From: Acidobacteriota bacterium
Lineage (GTDB): Archaea > Nanobdellota > Nanobdellia > Woesearchaeales > DATGWN01
DNA length: 64,000 bases
NCBI GenBank assembly: GCA_035299465.1
Contig: DATGWN010000047.1
Span: forward strand, 716-64,715
Reading direction: 5' to 3'
Each line of letters starts with the position of its first letter. Position 1 is the stretch's first letter. A program made the translations under genes and the position numbers. The notes under the pieces were generated by a model. It had not been told where the DNA came from, ran no database searches, and saw nothing but the letters and a program-made list of their open reading frames with translations. Below are positions 1-9,720 of this stretch, piece by piece.

Positions 1-1167
1 ATCTGGAACAATGTCTTTATGCAGTACGACAAACAAGCCGATGGCACACTTGCGCCACTCAAGCAAAAATGCGTCGATACGGGGATGGGAGTCGAGAGAA
101 CAGCCCTTGCACTCCAAGGTAAAGAAAACGTGTATGAAACGGAAGCGTTTGAATCCGTGTTCAAAGTAATTGCAGCAAACGTAAATGAAAACATCGCAGT
201 AATAAGAACAAAACCTAATTTTCGAATTGTTGCAGACCACATCAGAACAGCAACATTCATGCTTGGCGATGAGAGAACAATATCCCCCTCAAATACAGAC
301 AGAGGATACATTCTACGACGACTCATTAGACGCACTATCAGAAATTTGCGCACAACAAATCTTACTTGTGCAGAACTAGCTGAAAAAATAATTGATGATT
401 ACGGCGAACAATATCCGACACTCAAACAAAAACACGCAACAATCATTGATGAACTAAAAAAAGAAGAAGAGAAATTTAAGAAAACGCTCGACAAAGGAGA
501 AAATCGTGTAATGACTCTCACAGCAAACCAAAATGCACAAAAAATAATCTCAGGTAAAGATGCATTTGATCTTTTCCAAAGTTACGGTTTCCCATTAGAA
601 ATGACAGTGGAAGCTGCAAAAGAGCGCGGATTCACAGTCGACTCATCAGAGTTCAAAAAACTCTTTGAAGAACACCAAGCAAAATCACGCACAGGAGCAG
701 AACAAAAATTCAAAGGCGGACTTGCAGACAACAGCGACCGAACTGTGCGACTGCATACTGCAACGCACTTACTCAATGAAGCTCTGCGCAAAGTCATCAG
801 CAAAGACATTGTCCAAAAGGGTTCAAATATCACGGCAGAGCGACTGCGATTCGACTTCAATCTTGACAGAAAATTGACGCCAGAGGAAGTCAAAGCCGTC
901 GAAGCGGAAGTCAACCGCGTTATACAGTTAGATCTTCCGATAACTATTGTTGAAATGTCGCCAGAAGAAGCGAAAGCAAAAGGCGCTCAGTCAGAATTTG
1001 GCGCGCGATATCCTCCAAAAGTCACCGTCTACAAAGTCGGCGATTACTCTATGGAAATCTGCATGGGTCCACACGTGAAGCACACTAAGGAAGTCGGCAC
1101 TTTCACTATTCAAAAAGAAGAATCATCTGCAGCAGGTATCAGACGCATCAAAGCGACGGTGGACTGA
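1..1167 (+). CDS. alaS: alanyl-tRNA synthetase, C-terminal part (5' end truncated by window edge)
   Basis: Frame is open from nt 1. 'WNNVFMQY...DTGMGVER' is the end of the AlaRS catalytic core, followed by an editing domain with HxxxH ('HTATHLL') and 'CMGPHV' zinc motifs. Confidence 0.85.
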   Translation: MWNNVFMQYDKQADGTLAPLKQKCVDTGMGVERTALALQGKENVYETEAFESVFKVIAANVNENIAVIRTKPNFRIVADHIRTATFMLGDERTISPSNTDRGYILRRLIRRTIRNLRTTNLTCAELAEKIIDDYGEQYPTLKQKHATIIDELKKEEEKFKKTLDKGENRVMTLTANQNAQKIISGKDAFDLFQSYGFPLEMTVEAAKERGFTVDSSEFKKLFEEHQAKSRTGAEQKFKGGLADNSDRTVRLHTATHLLNEALRKVISKDIVQKGSNITAERLRFDFNLDRKLTPEEVKAVEAEVNRVIQLDLPITIVEMSPEEAKAKGAQSEFGARYPPKVTVYKVGDYSMEICMGPHVKHTKEVGTFTIQKEESSAAGIRRIKATVD

Positions 1168-1805
1168 TGAAACTCACGTGGTACGGCCACAGTACATTTC
1201 TGATTGAAGATGGCCAAAAGATCATCATAGATCCTTGGCAGTTGGGCGATGACGTTCCAAAAGCTGACATAGTGCTTATAACACATCCGCACCCAGATCA
1301 TTTCTCGCTTCCTGACATCCAAAAAGTCAGAGGACAGGGCGCGCAGATTTATGCACATCCAGGCTGCAAAGGTATTGATGGCGATGTCGAGCACATCCTC
1401 CCTGGCCAAAAAATTATGGTCGGTGAAGTCGTCTTTGACGTATTGCCTGCGTATAACACAAATAAATTCCGCTCTCCTGGTGTCCACTTTCATCCTCAAG
1501 ATTCACAGTTTTGTGGTTTTTTGGTACAGACGCCTCACGCCCGATGGTATGTCGCTGGCGATACTGATAAGATCCCTGAAATGGATACTTTGAAAAATAT
1601 TGATGTCGCGCTTCTTCCTGTATCTGGAACGTATGTTATGACTGCGGCAGAAGCAGTTGACGCCTCGCACACTGTGAAAGCAAAACACGCAGTTCCTGCA
1701 CATTATGGCAGCATTGTTGGCACAAAAGAAGATGGAGAATTTTTTGTAAATAATTGTTTTGGGAAAGGAGTCTTACTCAAAAAAGGCGAGCCTTACCAAT
1801 TTTAG
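1167..1805 (+). CDS. MBL-fold metallo-hydrolase
   Basis: 'THPHPDH' HxHxDH beta-lactamase-fold motif. Start overlaps the alaS stop (ATGA). Confidence 0.8.
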   Translation: MKLTWYGHSTFLIEDGQKIIIDPWQLGDDVPKADIVLITHPHPDHFSLPDIQKVRGQGAQIYAHPGCKGIDGDVEHILPGQKIMVGEVVFDVLPAYNTNKFRSPGVHFHPQDSQFCGFLVQTPHARWYVAGDTDKIPEMDTLKNIDVALLPVSGTYVMTAAEAVDASHTVKAKHAVPAHYGSIVGTKEDGEFFVNNCFGKGVLLKKGEPYQF

Positions 1806-2074
1806 GAGAATTTGCCCCAATCTCTTTTTATGTTCCAATTATATGGAGGTTTCCAATCTATAAACGTCGGTTCAAATCGTTTCTCGGTTTCGCGCACGTC
1901 AATGACACATTCAGGTAATATGGCAGTGTAGTGCGGGCCACTAGGACTGTCAAAATCAAAGAATTGGAACCGTTCTTTTCCATCAGCATATTGCTTTGTT
2001 TTCATAATTCCAAAATCGAGCGGCGCACAGTGTCGAGAAACTATTCCCTTCTTAGAGGCATATGTCACCAACAA
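1802..2074 (-). CDS. small hypothetical protein
   Basis: Only ORF filling the 1805-2163 gap. Protein-like composition, no recognised motif. Confidence 0.3.
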   Translation of the reverse strand: MLVTYASKKGIVSRHCAPLDFGIMKTKQYADGKERFQFFDFDSPSGPHYTAILPECVIDVRETEKRFEPTFIDWKPPYNWNIKRDWGKFS

Positions 2075-2162
2075 TATATTTTTGCCGCGTATTGCTCGTT
2101 CGACATTATTTTTGTCCGTCTGCCGTAGTTGGCAAGGACATTATTAAATATACTGAAATAAC

Positions 2163-3059
2163 TTGGTTCTCGACGTTATATTTTATAAACCGTTGCCGTA
2201 TCCATCGGTCATGCATTTACCTAAATTCCCATATTTGGAAAAAGCGGCAAAAGGCATTCTCAGATATGCACCGCATTGGCGAAACGCACCTACATATACT
2301 GAACGTGTGCGCCACATGGCACATCTACAGGAGCTTCGCGAATATATCTCATCCGATGTGCCACTGACTTTCGCTGAATTCGGCCCAGGCGGGATTGTTC
2401 AAAAAGTCCTTGATTCTCCACAGATTCAAAAGTTGCCTAAGCGAGCACAAAGACTAGCTGAAGCCACTGCTCGCCACTTCACTATGCGAGATTTTACGGT
2501 GTTCGAATCTGATGAAATACGACATCTTTTCGCAAAACAAATCGAATATATGTATATCATCGATAGATCCACACGCGTGCTTGACGCACTTCGCGCAAAA
2601 CAATACGACAGAACAGTCTTGCTCGACGTCGATTTGGAGCGTCAGATTCTCACAGACATGCCTTTGGTCGATGTCGCAATTTCATATAACGTAATCGCCC
2701 GAAACGATGAACAGGCGAAAGTTCTCTGCAATATAGCTCACAGCGTCAATAAGGGCGGCGTCTTGTCTATTGAAGACGATTCGTTGCAGCTGCCGCTCAA
2801 TAATTATGGCTACGACAAAATCGGCAGATGGTTGTATGTCAGAAACGAAATCGTTGGTCCGACGCATACTTCGGTTACCGGCAAACTGGACAAAGCCGTG
2901 CGCTTCAAACCGGCAGTAGGCCTGAACCACATAGATGCAGCTGCAAAGGCGGCGTTGCATGCTTCGGCAAAAGATGGACCGGTTCGAGTGGATATAGAGC
3001 ACTTAAATGACGAATCTCGGTTAGCTTTAGAAAAAATAGAAAGAAAAAGAAAAAATTAA
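2163..3059 (+). CDS. hypothetical protein (weak class I methyltransferase-like 'EFGPGG' motif)
   Basis: 298-aa ORF. Start codon uncertain. Ends convergently, overlapping the next gene. Confidence 0.5.
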   Translation: MVLDVIFYKPLPYPSVMHLPKFPYLEKAAKGILRYAPHWRNAPTYTERVRHMAHLQELREYISSDVPLTFAEFGPGGIVQKVLDSPQIQKLPKRAQRLAEATARHFTMRDFTVFESDEIRHLFAKQIEYMYIIDRSTRVLDALRAKQYDRTVLLDVDLERQILTDMPLVDVAISYNVIARNDEQAKVLCNIAHSVNKGGVLSIEDDSLQLPLNNYGYDKIGRWLYVRNEIVGPTHTSVTGKLDKAVRFKPAVGLNHIDAAAKAALHASAKDGPVRVDIEHLNDESRLALEKIERKRKN

Positions 3060-3247
3060 ATCATTTCTCCGATATCAGTTTCTTCTTCTGTTATCAAAGA
3101 AAGATCGTTTTGTGACGTTGTTGTCTGCGGTGTTTCAAGCGGTGCCGTCTTTGGAGGATTCTGAGAATCTTCCTGAGGTGCCGATGCACACGCAGTGAGC
3201 AACAAGACGCTGATCAACAGCAAGGCAATGATAGCTTTAGTTCTCAT
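3056..3247 (-). CDS. small secreted lipoprotein-like protein
   Basis: Signal peptide with lipobox-like 'LLTAC'. Start overlaps the stop of the upstream gene by 1 nt. Confidence 0.45.
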   Translation of the reverse strand: MRTKAIIALLLISVLLLTACASAPQEDSQNPPKTAPLETPQTTTSQNDLSLITEEETDIGEMI

Positions 3248-4557
3248 TAGTTCACCTGTACTGAGATAACGTCATCATCGTCCGAATCGTCTTCTTCATC
3301 GTCATCGGAACCCGAGTTATCGTCGTCATCATCAGAGTCGTCGTCCGAGCCAGAATTGTCATCTGAGTCGTCGTCTGAACCGGAGTTGTCATCTGAGTCA
3401 TCATCTGTTTCATCTAAGTCGTCATCCTGGTCGTCTACTTTGAGTTTTTCTTCATATCGTAGTCGGCCGTCTTTATATTCTTGCTTGATTTCGACAAAGC
3501 TGCCGTTACCGAGTTGCAACTTGAATCGCTCTCGCATTCGGTCGTCTCTTTGCTCAGATCTCCATTCCATGAGGTCCTGCTTATTTTCAGCGCGGACTTC
3601 GATTCGGCCTGGAGCCATGTATGATCGAAGGCGTGAGAACGCTCTTGGATAGTCTTGTAAGACATCCGCTAATTCAGATTGTGTCTGAACTACTGCCTTG
3701 GAAAACACTGTTGCGTTGATTCGGCCATCGACATAGTCATCAAGTAGACCAGACCAGTTCTGTCGCAAGTCAAGCAATGCTAACGATAGATTCGTGTCGT
3801 TCGTCTGATTTATCATCATACCGAGAACTTCGATTCTATGCGTCAAGATGTTTGCTCGAATCTGTGCAGTTACGTTAACACGGTCTGCTTTCAAGCCTTC
3901 AATTTCAGCTTTGATTTGAGTTCTGATTGCAGCGATGTCATCGTTTGAGACTTCATCTGCGCGAATCTTTTTCTTGATGCTATCGAACTTTCGTTCAAGG
4001 CCCGGGAAAGCTGTGACGTTTTCGTCATCAGACAAGTTGAGTGCATCTTTTTGGTGCTTTTCTACGAAACTGTCGAATCTGTCTTCGTTTGCTCGGATTC
4101 GCAATTCATGTGCTTTCTTGATTTGCATGGCATGCGTTTCGTTGAATTCTTTTTCTACTTTCAATTTAAGCTTGGCTTTGAATTCTGCGGAGAACAGATC
4201 TTTTGCTGCATCTCGGAATTCCTTGACCAAATCTTTTGCTTGATCTCGCGCTTCTTTGACTTCATCAAGTGTCAAATTAGTTGTGACATTTGCTCGAAGG
4301 TCGATAAGCGAGTCAAGTATAGTTTGTAATTGTGTTACGTTGGAATTGTTCACGGACCCATTTGCGGACACGTTTGCAATCACGTTGGCTCCAATCTGGA
4401 TTGCTTTATCCATATGGAGACCCAGTTGTGTTGACTGCGCTACTGCTGCTGATTCTTCGGTTGCGAAAACGCCTACCAAACTGACCAGCGCCAGCATTGC
4501 AATCAATATCCATTTGATTGTCTTCATTGTTGTACCTCTGTGCGCCATTGGCTGCAC
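3247..4557 (-). CDS. secreted coiled-coil protein with D/S-rich acidic repeat C-terminus
   Basis: N-terminal signal peptide, long heptad-like region, C-terminal 'DDDSDDNSGS' repeats encoded by 30-bp DNA tandem repeats. Confidence 0.7.
   Translation of the reverse strand: MQPMAHRGTTMKTIKWILIAMLALVSLVGVFATEESAAVAQSTQLGLHMDKAIQIGANVIANVSANGSVNNSNVTQLQTILDSLIDLRANVTTNLTLDEVKEARDQAKDLVKEFRDAAKDLFSAEFKAKLKLKVEKEFNETHAMQIKKAHELRIRANEDRFDSFVEKHQKDALNLSDDENVTAFPGLERKFDSIKKKIRADEVSNDDIAAIRTQIKAEIEGLKADRVNVTAQIRANILTHRIEVLGMMINQTNDTNLSLALLDLRQNWSGLLDDYVDGRINATVFSKAVVQTQSELADVLQDYPRAFSRLRSYMAPGRIEVRAENKQDLMEWRSEQRDDRMRERFKLQLGNGSFVEIKQEYKDGRLRYEEKLKVDDQDDDLDETDDDSDDNSGSDDDSDDNSGSDDDSDDDDDNSGSDDDEEDDSDDDDVISVQVN
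3296..3410. repeat. about 3.5 copies of a 30-bp in-frame tandem repeat (units at 3338-3367 and 3368-3397 nearly identical)
   Basis: 'tcgtcgtc(c/t)ga(g/a)cc(a/g)ga(a/g)ttgtcatctgag' repeated head-to-tail. Encodes the acidic tail of the 3247-4557 protein. Confidence 0.8.
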
Positions 4558-4692
4558 TTCATACCTGTATTATGGTTGGAACACCTTATAAACCCTTTGC
4601 GGAACAAGTTGGAACTTGTCGACGAGAAATAATGGAACGGGTGTTTTTCACCTGTTTTTTGAGAAAATTTGAGAATACCCTGAAATGAACTA

Positions 4693-5451
4693 CTATTTGT
4701 GCCACTGCTGGTGAAACGCTAACGTGTTCGTATAGCCGCCTGTGATCTTGATCAATATCTGTTTTTCAACCAATAAATCTACATTTCGAGATAAAGATGC
4801 TTTTGGAATCTGCGTTTGATGGAAGAGGGCGTTTTGCGTAGCCTTGCCGCCATGCGCTTTGAGAGCGTCAAGAATCTGTTTTTGCGTGTCGTTGAGCGTA
4901 TCATATATGGCTTGGTATGAATCTTTGAGCTGCATCGACTTCTTTTGCCTCTTATTTAGAATTACTAATGCTACACCCAAGGCGATAAGGATGAATCCAG
5001 TTAAGAAATAGACAGACAAATCTGACTGTGGAACTGCGTCATTAATACTATATTGAATTGAGATGTTAACAGGTTCTTGCGATCCGATGAACGTAAGTGT
5101 GATGACGCTATCTGCTTCAATGAGCGTCTGAGAAGGAGATTTCACATAATTGACAACAGCGCCCGCAGGCAATTGCACTTTGATGAGTGAGACTGAGACA
5201 TCTTGAGCGCTTGCGTAGCTAAATGTCCAGTATTTTGAGGACTTCTTGGTCAACTCTGTACTTTGCAGATGCAAATCGCTTCCCTGCGGTATTGGACCGA
5301 TATCAACGTTGGCGTCACCAGTAATTATCGCCACGCCTGCGCCATTGAGACTGATTTGCTGGTCAACGTATGATTGTGAGAAGACTCCTACGCTACTGAG
5401 CACACACATTGCCAAAATGATACATATGCTTCGAATATACGCGTTCATCAT
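4693..5451 (-). CDS. membrane-anchored protein: signal peptide + extracytoplasmic domain + TM helix + C-terminal winged-helix (MarR/ArsR-like)
   Basis: Signal peptide 'ICIILAMCVLSSVGVFS'. TM helix 'FLTGFILIALGVALVIL' followed by KRQKK. C-terminal 'QKQILDALKAHGGKATQNALFHQTQIPKASLSRNVDLLVEKQIL' wHTH. Confidence 0.65.
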   Translation of the reverse strand: MMNAYIRSICIILAMCVLSSVGVFSQSYVDQQISLNGAGVAIITGDANVDIGPIPQGSDLHLQSTELTKKSSKYWTFSYASAQDVSVSLIKVQLPAGAVVNYVKSPSQTLIEADSVITLTFIGSQEPVNISIQYSINDAVPQSDLSVYFLTGFILIALGVALVILNKRQKKSMQLKDSYQAIYDTLNDTQKQILDALKAHGGKATQNALFHQTQIPKASLSRNVDLLVEKQILIKITGGYTNTLAFHQQWHK

Positions 5452-5513
5452 AAAGAATCAGAAATATTGACTTAAAAAGATGCCGTTTGCACCATGTTGT
5501 TTTTGATGCAACA

Positions 5514-5732
5514 CTATTCTTCTTTGTCGAAAAAACTTTTCAAGGGCGTTGTCTTTGTCATTTCTTTGACGCCAAAACCTTCTTTTTTGAATTTCTTGCT
5601 CATGTCTTGTAGCGCGTTCATGGGAAGTGACTTTATAAAAAAAATTGTTGTTGAATGATGGGGTTGCAATAGTGCGGATAGAATGTGAGTCATAGGATGT
5701 ATGTGTTTGAGTATATGAATCACATCAAACAT
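5514..5732 (-). CDS. small hypothetical protein (possibly shorter, from internal 'MNALQD')
   Basis: ORF only. Weak. Confidence 0.2.
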   Translation of the reverse strand: MFDVIHILKHIHPMTHILSALLQPHHSTTIFFIKSLPMNALQDMSKKFKKEGFGVKEMTKTTPLKSFFDKEE

Positions 5733-5751
5733 GAATAGTCTCTGAGAAATA

Positions 5752-6147
5752 TTATCTTTTTGCGCTGAAACGAGAACTGATGTACTCGAGATCTTGAATT
5801 GATATTTCTCTGCATTTCTTCTTGAACATTCGCATTACAGTGTCAGACATATGAGAAACAATGGATAATTTTTCGACGACGTCCTTGAGTGTGAGTGGTA
5901 CCTTTGGTGCTTGCGTGCGCTTGAGGGTTTTTTCATCCTTCATTTCGTAAATTCCTATAATTTTATGCGAGATAGGCAAATATACAACAAAGAAATCGCC
6001 AGGAGTTGCTGCTAATCCGTCTCCTGCCACATAATCAACTGGCAATTCGGATACATCTGCGTCCTGCCCCAGGTCTTGTGTAACTCTGAACAAAAATGCT
6101 CTCATCTGTGCAAGCCAATTCTGGCAGTTTATATCTTTTTCCAGCAA
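5752..6147 (-). CDS. hypothetical protein
   Basis: 131-aa ORF with balanced composition, no motif recognised. Confidence 0.45.
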   Translation of the reverse strand: MLEKDINCQNWLAQMRAFLFRVTQDLGQDADVSELPVDYVAGDGLAATPGDFFVVYLPISHKIIGIYEMKDEKTLKRTQAPKVPLTLKDVVEKLSIVSHMSDTVMRMFKKKCREISIQDLEYISSRFSAKR

Positions 6148-6176
6148 TTACGCGTTCTTGAATCACTTGAATCTGA

Positions 6177-8309
6177 TTAGCGCGCAGTCATGAATGATTT
6201 TTGCATCGTTTGATTAGACATATTGGATAAAATCGACACTAACTGATTATAGACTGCGTCGCTGTCGAGTGCTTTTACATGAAGATCCGTATTGAGAGCA
6301 TCAGTGCACGTACCGTTGAAAATCGTGTAGAGTCTTGCGCCTTGTAATTTACTTGAGTCCTCGGTTACTACACCGTCTCCGAACGTGCCATCCATTACGC
6401 ATCCGGTATGTGCAATGACATACCATTCTCCGGTGACGGGAGGCAATTTACGCAAGAACGCACTTCCTGCAGAAAGATCGTCACATTCTTTTACCGCACC
6501 AAATAGTGGACAATAGGACTGCACTGTGCCGTTTACTCCGCCAAACGGTGAATTAAGCGTAATGAATGCCTTTACATCTTCGTCTCCGAACAGCGATTCA
6601 TATGAACGAGCAACCAATCCGCCCATGGAATGCGCTACTACGATTACTTGCGGTGCGCCACTTTGTTGTTTGATGTCTTTGATGATTTCTCTTAAGCGCA
6701 ATGCGTAATTCTCTATTCGTTCCGACTTTTGAATCGTTACGTCATATGAACCAAGATTGTACACAGTCTGGTAATAGAAACTTGCTCGCACGGTAAAAGG
6801 AATTTGGACAGGCACGCCACTAGCCGAATATTCGCCCGCATTCACATATCCTTCGTCTTCTAGCTTTTGCTGGATGTGAGCGAAGGCCTGCATAGAGACC
6901 AATGGGTCATTATCTTCGGTGAATGCGTGACCATGTATGAATACTATTGGAGGTTTTTGGTGTTGGCATTTGCCACAAGTGTCTTTTACGCAACAATTAG
7001 CGCTAGCATCCAGCAAATTCACAGGCGCGGACGGTTCGAATGGAGGAAAGGTGACTGTCATCACTTGCGCAATCGATGGCATGTTAATGTTGACAGTCTG
7101 CTTTACATCGCAGTAACTTGGGACTTGTGCAAGAAATGTCACAGACATATCTGGTTCGCTCAAAAGGGAAACTTGCGATTCATTGAGTATTGTGACATTT
7201 GTCAGATTCGCGCTCACGACGTACAGATTATGATCTTTTATTTTTTGAATCCGGTCACAGATTGTTTGGATTGTTTGGTTGGTTGAAGGCGGAGTTATTG
7301 TCAACGAAGTATTTACGAGTGAGATGTATGACTCAAGTTGATCCAGACGCTGCATTGTTGCGGCTTTTTTCTCAAGATATAATAGCGTTTTATTTGTAAG
7401 ATACGACGTTGCCCCTGTATAGATGACTTGCGTACGGGGAGGATCAGCGTCTGTGGTCATGGATAACACGTCAGACAATTTGCCGATAGCTAATGATACT
7501 TGCGCTGCATCCGTATCATGCGTTTGCGCGTATGTGATGAATTCAACGACCGATGTATTTGACAAAAATGTAATCGCATCCAGCTGCATATGTGCCAACT
7601 GATCTCTGCTGGCATTCGTGAACAACAACAAGGGCGCAAGCAACATGTTTGGTTCAAATGTGCGTATCAATGACTCGGAGAGATTATATTGCTGAGTATT
7701 CCAATACGCTGCCGCTGTCATGATTTGTGCGCGCGTGAATGTCGGAGCGGGTATTTCCGTTATCGGCCAAATATCCTTGAGTGTAAGGTAGTACTCGTAT
7801 TCGTCAAGATTGTCTTTAGCTTGTGTGAGTGCAGTCTGCAGTTCGTCTTTTCGTTCCAGAATTTTCTTATCTGTTTCATTAAGAGAGTATTCTAGGACAA
7901 TGAGTGTTGTTCGTTCGCGCGGAACACCGGTCGCAGGACAGAGCGATGACGGAAGCACGGCGCAACTAGTTCGAAAGTGAGTCATATATTGACCGAAACC
8001 GAACTCAGGTGCGGTGATATTGAACGTGTGCGATTCTTGCGGATTCGTTGAAGAGTAATTATAGACATCGTCGACCGAATAGTTACACACGGCGGAGCAA
8101 GTAGCGTATGTAAAAAAACGAGTGTCAATCGTAATCGGTACCGTTTGATTTGCGAGCACTTTTGCAACGAAAGGAGTAGGACTAACTTTGACTAGCACTT
8201 CGTCGTCGAGCGTGAAATGCACTTGTGCGAAAAGCAAGATGAGCAAAATGCCAATAAGTGCCGCTGCACTCATGATTGCGATTAGCCAAAAAAGGGTCTT
8301 GCGTTTCAT
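6177..8309 (-). CDS. secreted/membrane-anchored alpha/beta-hydrolase (lipase/esterase-like) with large N-x-S/T-rich N-terminal domain
   Basis: N-terminal TM/signal 'LFWLIAIMSAAALIGILLILLFA'. C-terminal 'VVAHSMGG' GxSxG nucleophile elbow and 'FIHGH' oxyanion region (PGAP1/DUF676-like lipase fold). More than 20 N-glycosylation sequons. Confidence 0.7.
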   Translation of the reverse strand: MKRKTLFWLIAIMSAAALIGILLILLFAQVHFTLDDEVLVKVSPTPFVAKVLANQTVPITIDTRFFTYATCSAVCNYSVDDVYNYSSTNPQESHTFNITAPEFGFGQYMTHFRTSCAVLPSSLCPATGVPRERTTLIVLEYSLNETDKKILERKDELQTALTQAKDNLDEYEYYLTLKDIWPITEIPAPTFTRAQIMTAAAYWNTQQYNLSESLIRTFEPNMLLAPLLLFTNASRDQLAHMQLDAITFLSNTSVVEFITYAQTHDTDAAQVSLAIGKLSDVLSMTTDADPPRTQVIYTGATSYLTNKTLLYLEKKAATMQRLDQLESYISLVNTSLTITPPSTNQTIQTICDRIQKIKDHNLYVVSANLTNVTILNESQVSLLSEPDMSVTFLAQVPSYCDVKQTVNINMPSIAQVMTVTFPPFEPSAPVNLLDASANCCVKDTCGKCQHQKPPIVFIHGHAFTEDNDPLVSMQAFAHIQQKLEDEGYVNAGEYSASGVPVQIPFTVRASFYYQTVYNLGSYDVTIQKSERIENYALRLREIIKDIKQQSGAPQVIVVAHSMGGLVARSYESLFGDEDVKAFITLNSPFGGVNGTVQSYCPLFGAVKECDDLSAGSAFLRKLPPVTGEWYVIAHTGCVMDGTFGDGVVTEDSSKLQGARLYTIFNGTCTDALNTDLHVKALDSDAVYNQLVSILSNMSNQTMQKSFMTAR

Positions 8310-8358
8310 ACAGTGTGATACTATTATCTTTCATTTATATAACTGTAGAATGTGAACA

Positions 8359-9720
8359 TTACATGTCAATATAATTCTTGACTGGAGTATTTTTTTGAGC
8401 CATTCCTCGGAACTGTAGAGATGCCTTCTTGCACAGATCATGATAATTAGAATATAGCCACATGTTGACGTCCAAATTCTGCTCGTGGCCAAATGAGAGC
8501 TGCTTTGAGAGCTGGGTGAGTGTAGTTAGTCGACTTTCATCCGTTTGCGATTGGAATTTTGCCTTGAACTGGGCGGTGCGTGCGTATGTGCGGATACCTT
8601 CGTGCTTTGATACTTGCGCAAGCAGACGAGGATAGAATGGTCCAGACATACTTGGTCCAACAATATATTCCAAAACAGGGGACGCATGCTCAAGAATGTA
8701 TGAAGTACGCATTTTGTCGTTTTTAACGCGGGAGAAATATGATTGCACTTGCTCAAGCATCGCGTACGTGCTTGTATGTTCCATAGAGCGCAGCCGGGAT
8801 TTTCGGTGCTCAAGTACGGTTTCACTAGGGACGTAGATGCCAGCACTTACGAGTTGATTGAGCGCATCTGGCGCGTCAGCACAGATAATCTTCAAAAGAG
8901 GAATTGTGAAATCAGGTGCTGGCCCGAAAGTGACTGCGACGTTTTCTTTGGTGTGAGGATTATAGATGAACTTCCAATCTGCCCCGTTAATCTTAAGTGC
9001 GATTTCATTTACATGCACGTCAATCTCGTTGGACATATCAATTGTGAGATATCGTGATAATGCACCTAATCGTGAACGCAGCGCAAGTGCGTCTGTTGTC
9101 ATTTGAGATACGTTTTGAGTCGTCAACAGATACTCTTTTGGTTCAATAGCCATTCTCTCAAATTCTCGTTTGAGGTTTCGAACTCCTGTGACTGTTTTTT
9201 TTGGCGTATCAAGTGTAATCGATAGTTTGTATGGACCTGCTGTGAATTCCGATGGTTTGTCAACAATATTTTCCAACAATAGGCCATTTCGCGCTTTTTT
9301 TATTTTACCGACGATAGCTTTTCGCACGCCAAACGTTGAAATAATCGCGTCCGCTTTGCGATACAACTCTTTTACAAACGGCAGTAAATATTGATCTTCA
9401 CTGTTTGCGAAGTCTGCGTTGATTTGCTGTTGAGATAGTATTAGGACATCGCCATTAAATGGGTTTTGCGCTGAGCTGCCAATGATTCCGACTCGTGGTG
9501 GAACTATATCTGGTTTTTGTAAGGATTCCAAGCCTTTTCGCATGTGTTCAATTTCATCGCCTTGGACTTCGTACGATAATTTCGGTTTGAGGTACAAAAC
9601 GGATTGTTCGACTGCGCCAGCACTTTTAAGAAACTCCTCATCCAGACTACTAATTACAGGACGATCACGAGATATTTCTTTGAGTGCGGCAAGCTCCATT
9701 AATCGGCGGAACTGAGTCAT
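8359..9720 (-). CDS. hypothetical protein (last gene of AAA/vWA operon)
   Basis: 453 aa. Start overlaps the upstream stop (ATGA). No recognised domain. Confidence 0.7.
   Translation of the reverse strand: MTQFRRLMELAALKEISRDRPVISSLDEEFLKSAGAVEQSVLYLKPKLSYEVQGDEIEHMRKGLESLQKPDIVPPRVGIIGSSAQNPFNGDVLILSQQQINADFANSEDQYLLPFVKELYRKADAIISTFGVRKAIVGKIKKARNGLLLENIVDKPSEFTAGPYKLSITLDTPKKTVTGVRNLKREFERMAIEPKEYLLTTQNVSQMTTDALALRSRLGALSRYLTIDMSNEIDVHVNEIALKINGADWKFIYNPHTKENVAVTFGPAPDFTIPLLKIICADAPDALNQLVSAGIYVPSETVLEHRKSRLRSMEHTSTYAMLEQVQSYFSRVKNDKMRTSYILEHASPVLEYIVGPSMSGPFYPRLLAQVSKHEGIRTYARTAQFKAKFQSQTDESRLTTLTQLSKQLSFGHEQNLDVNMWLYSNYHDLCKKASLQFRGMAQKNTPVKNYIDM

Noticed and set aside
582-914. Minus-strand 110-aa ORF and plus-strand 70-aa ORF (665-877) inside alaS
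   Set aside because: Entirely embedded in or antisense to a well-supported alaS reading frame, with low-complexity translations. Spurious.
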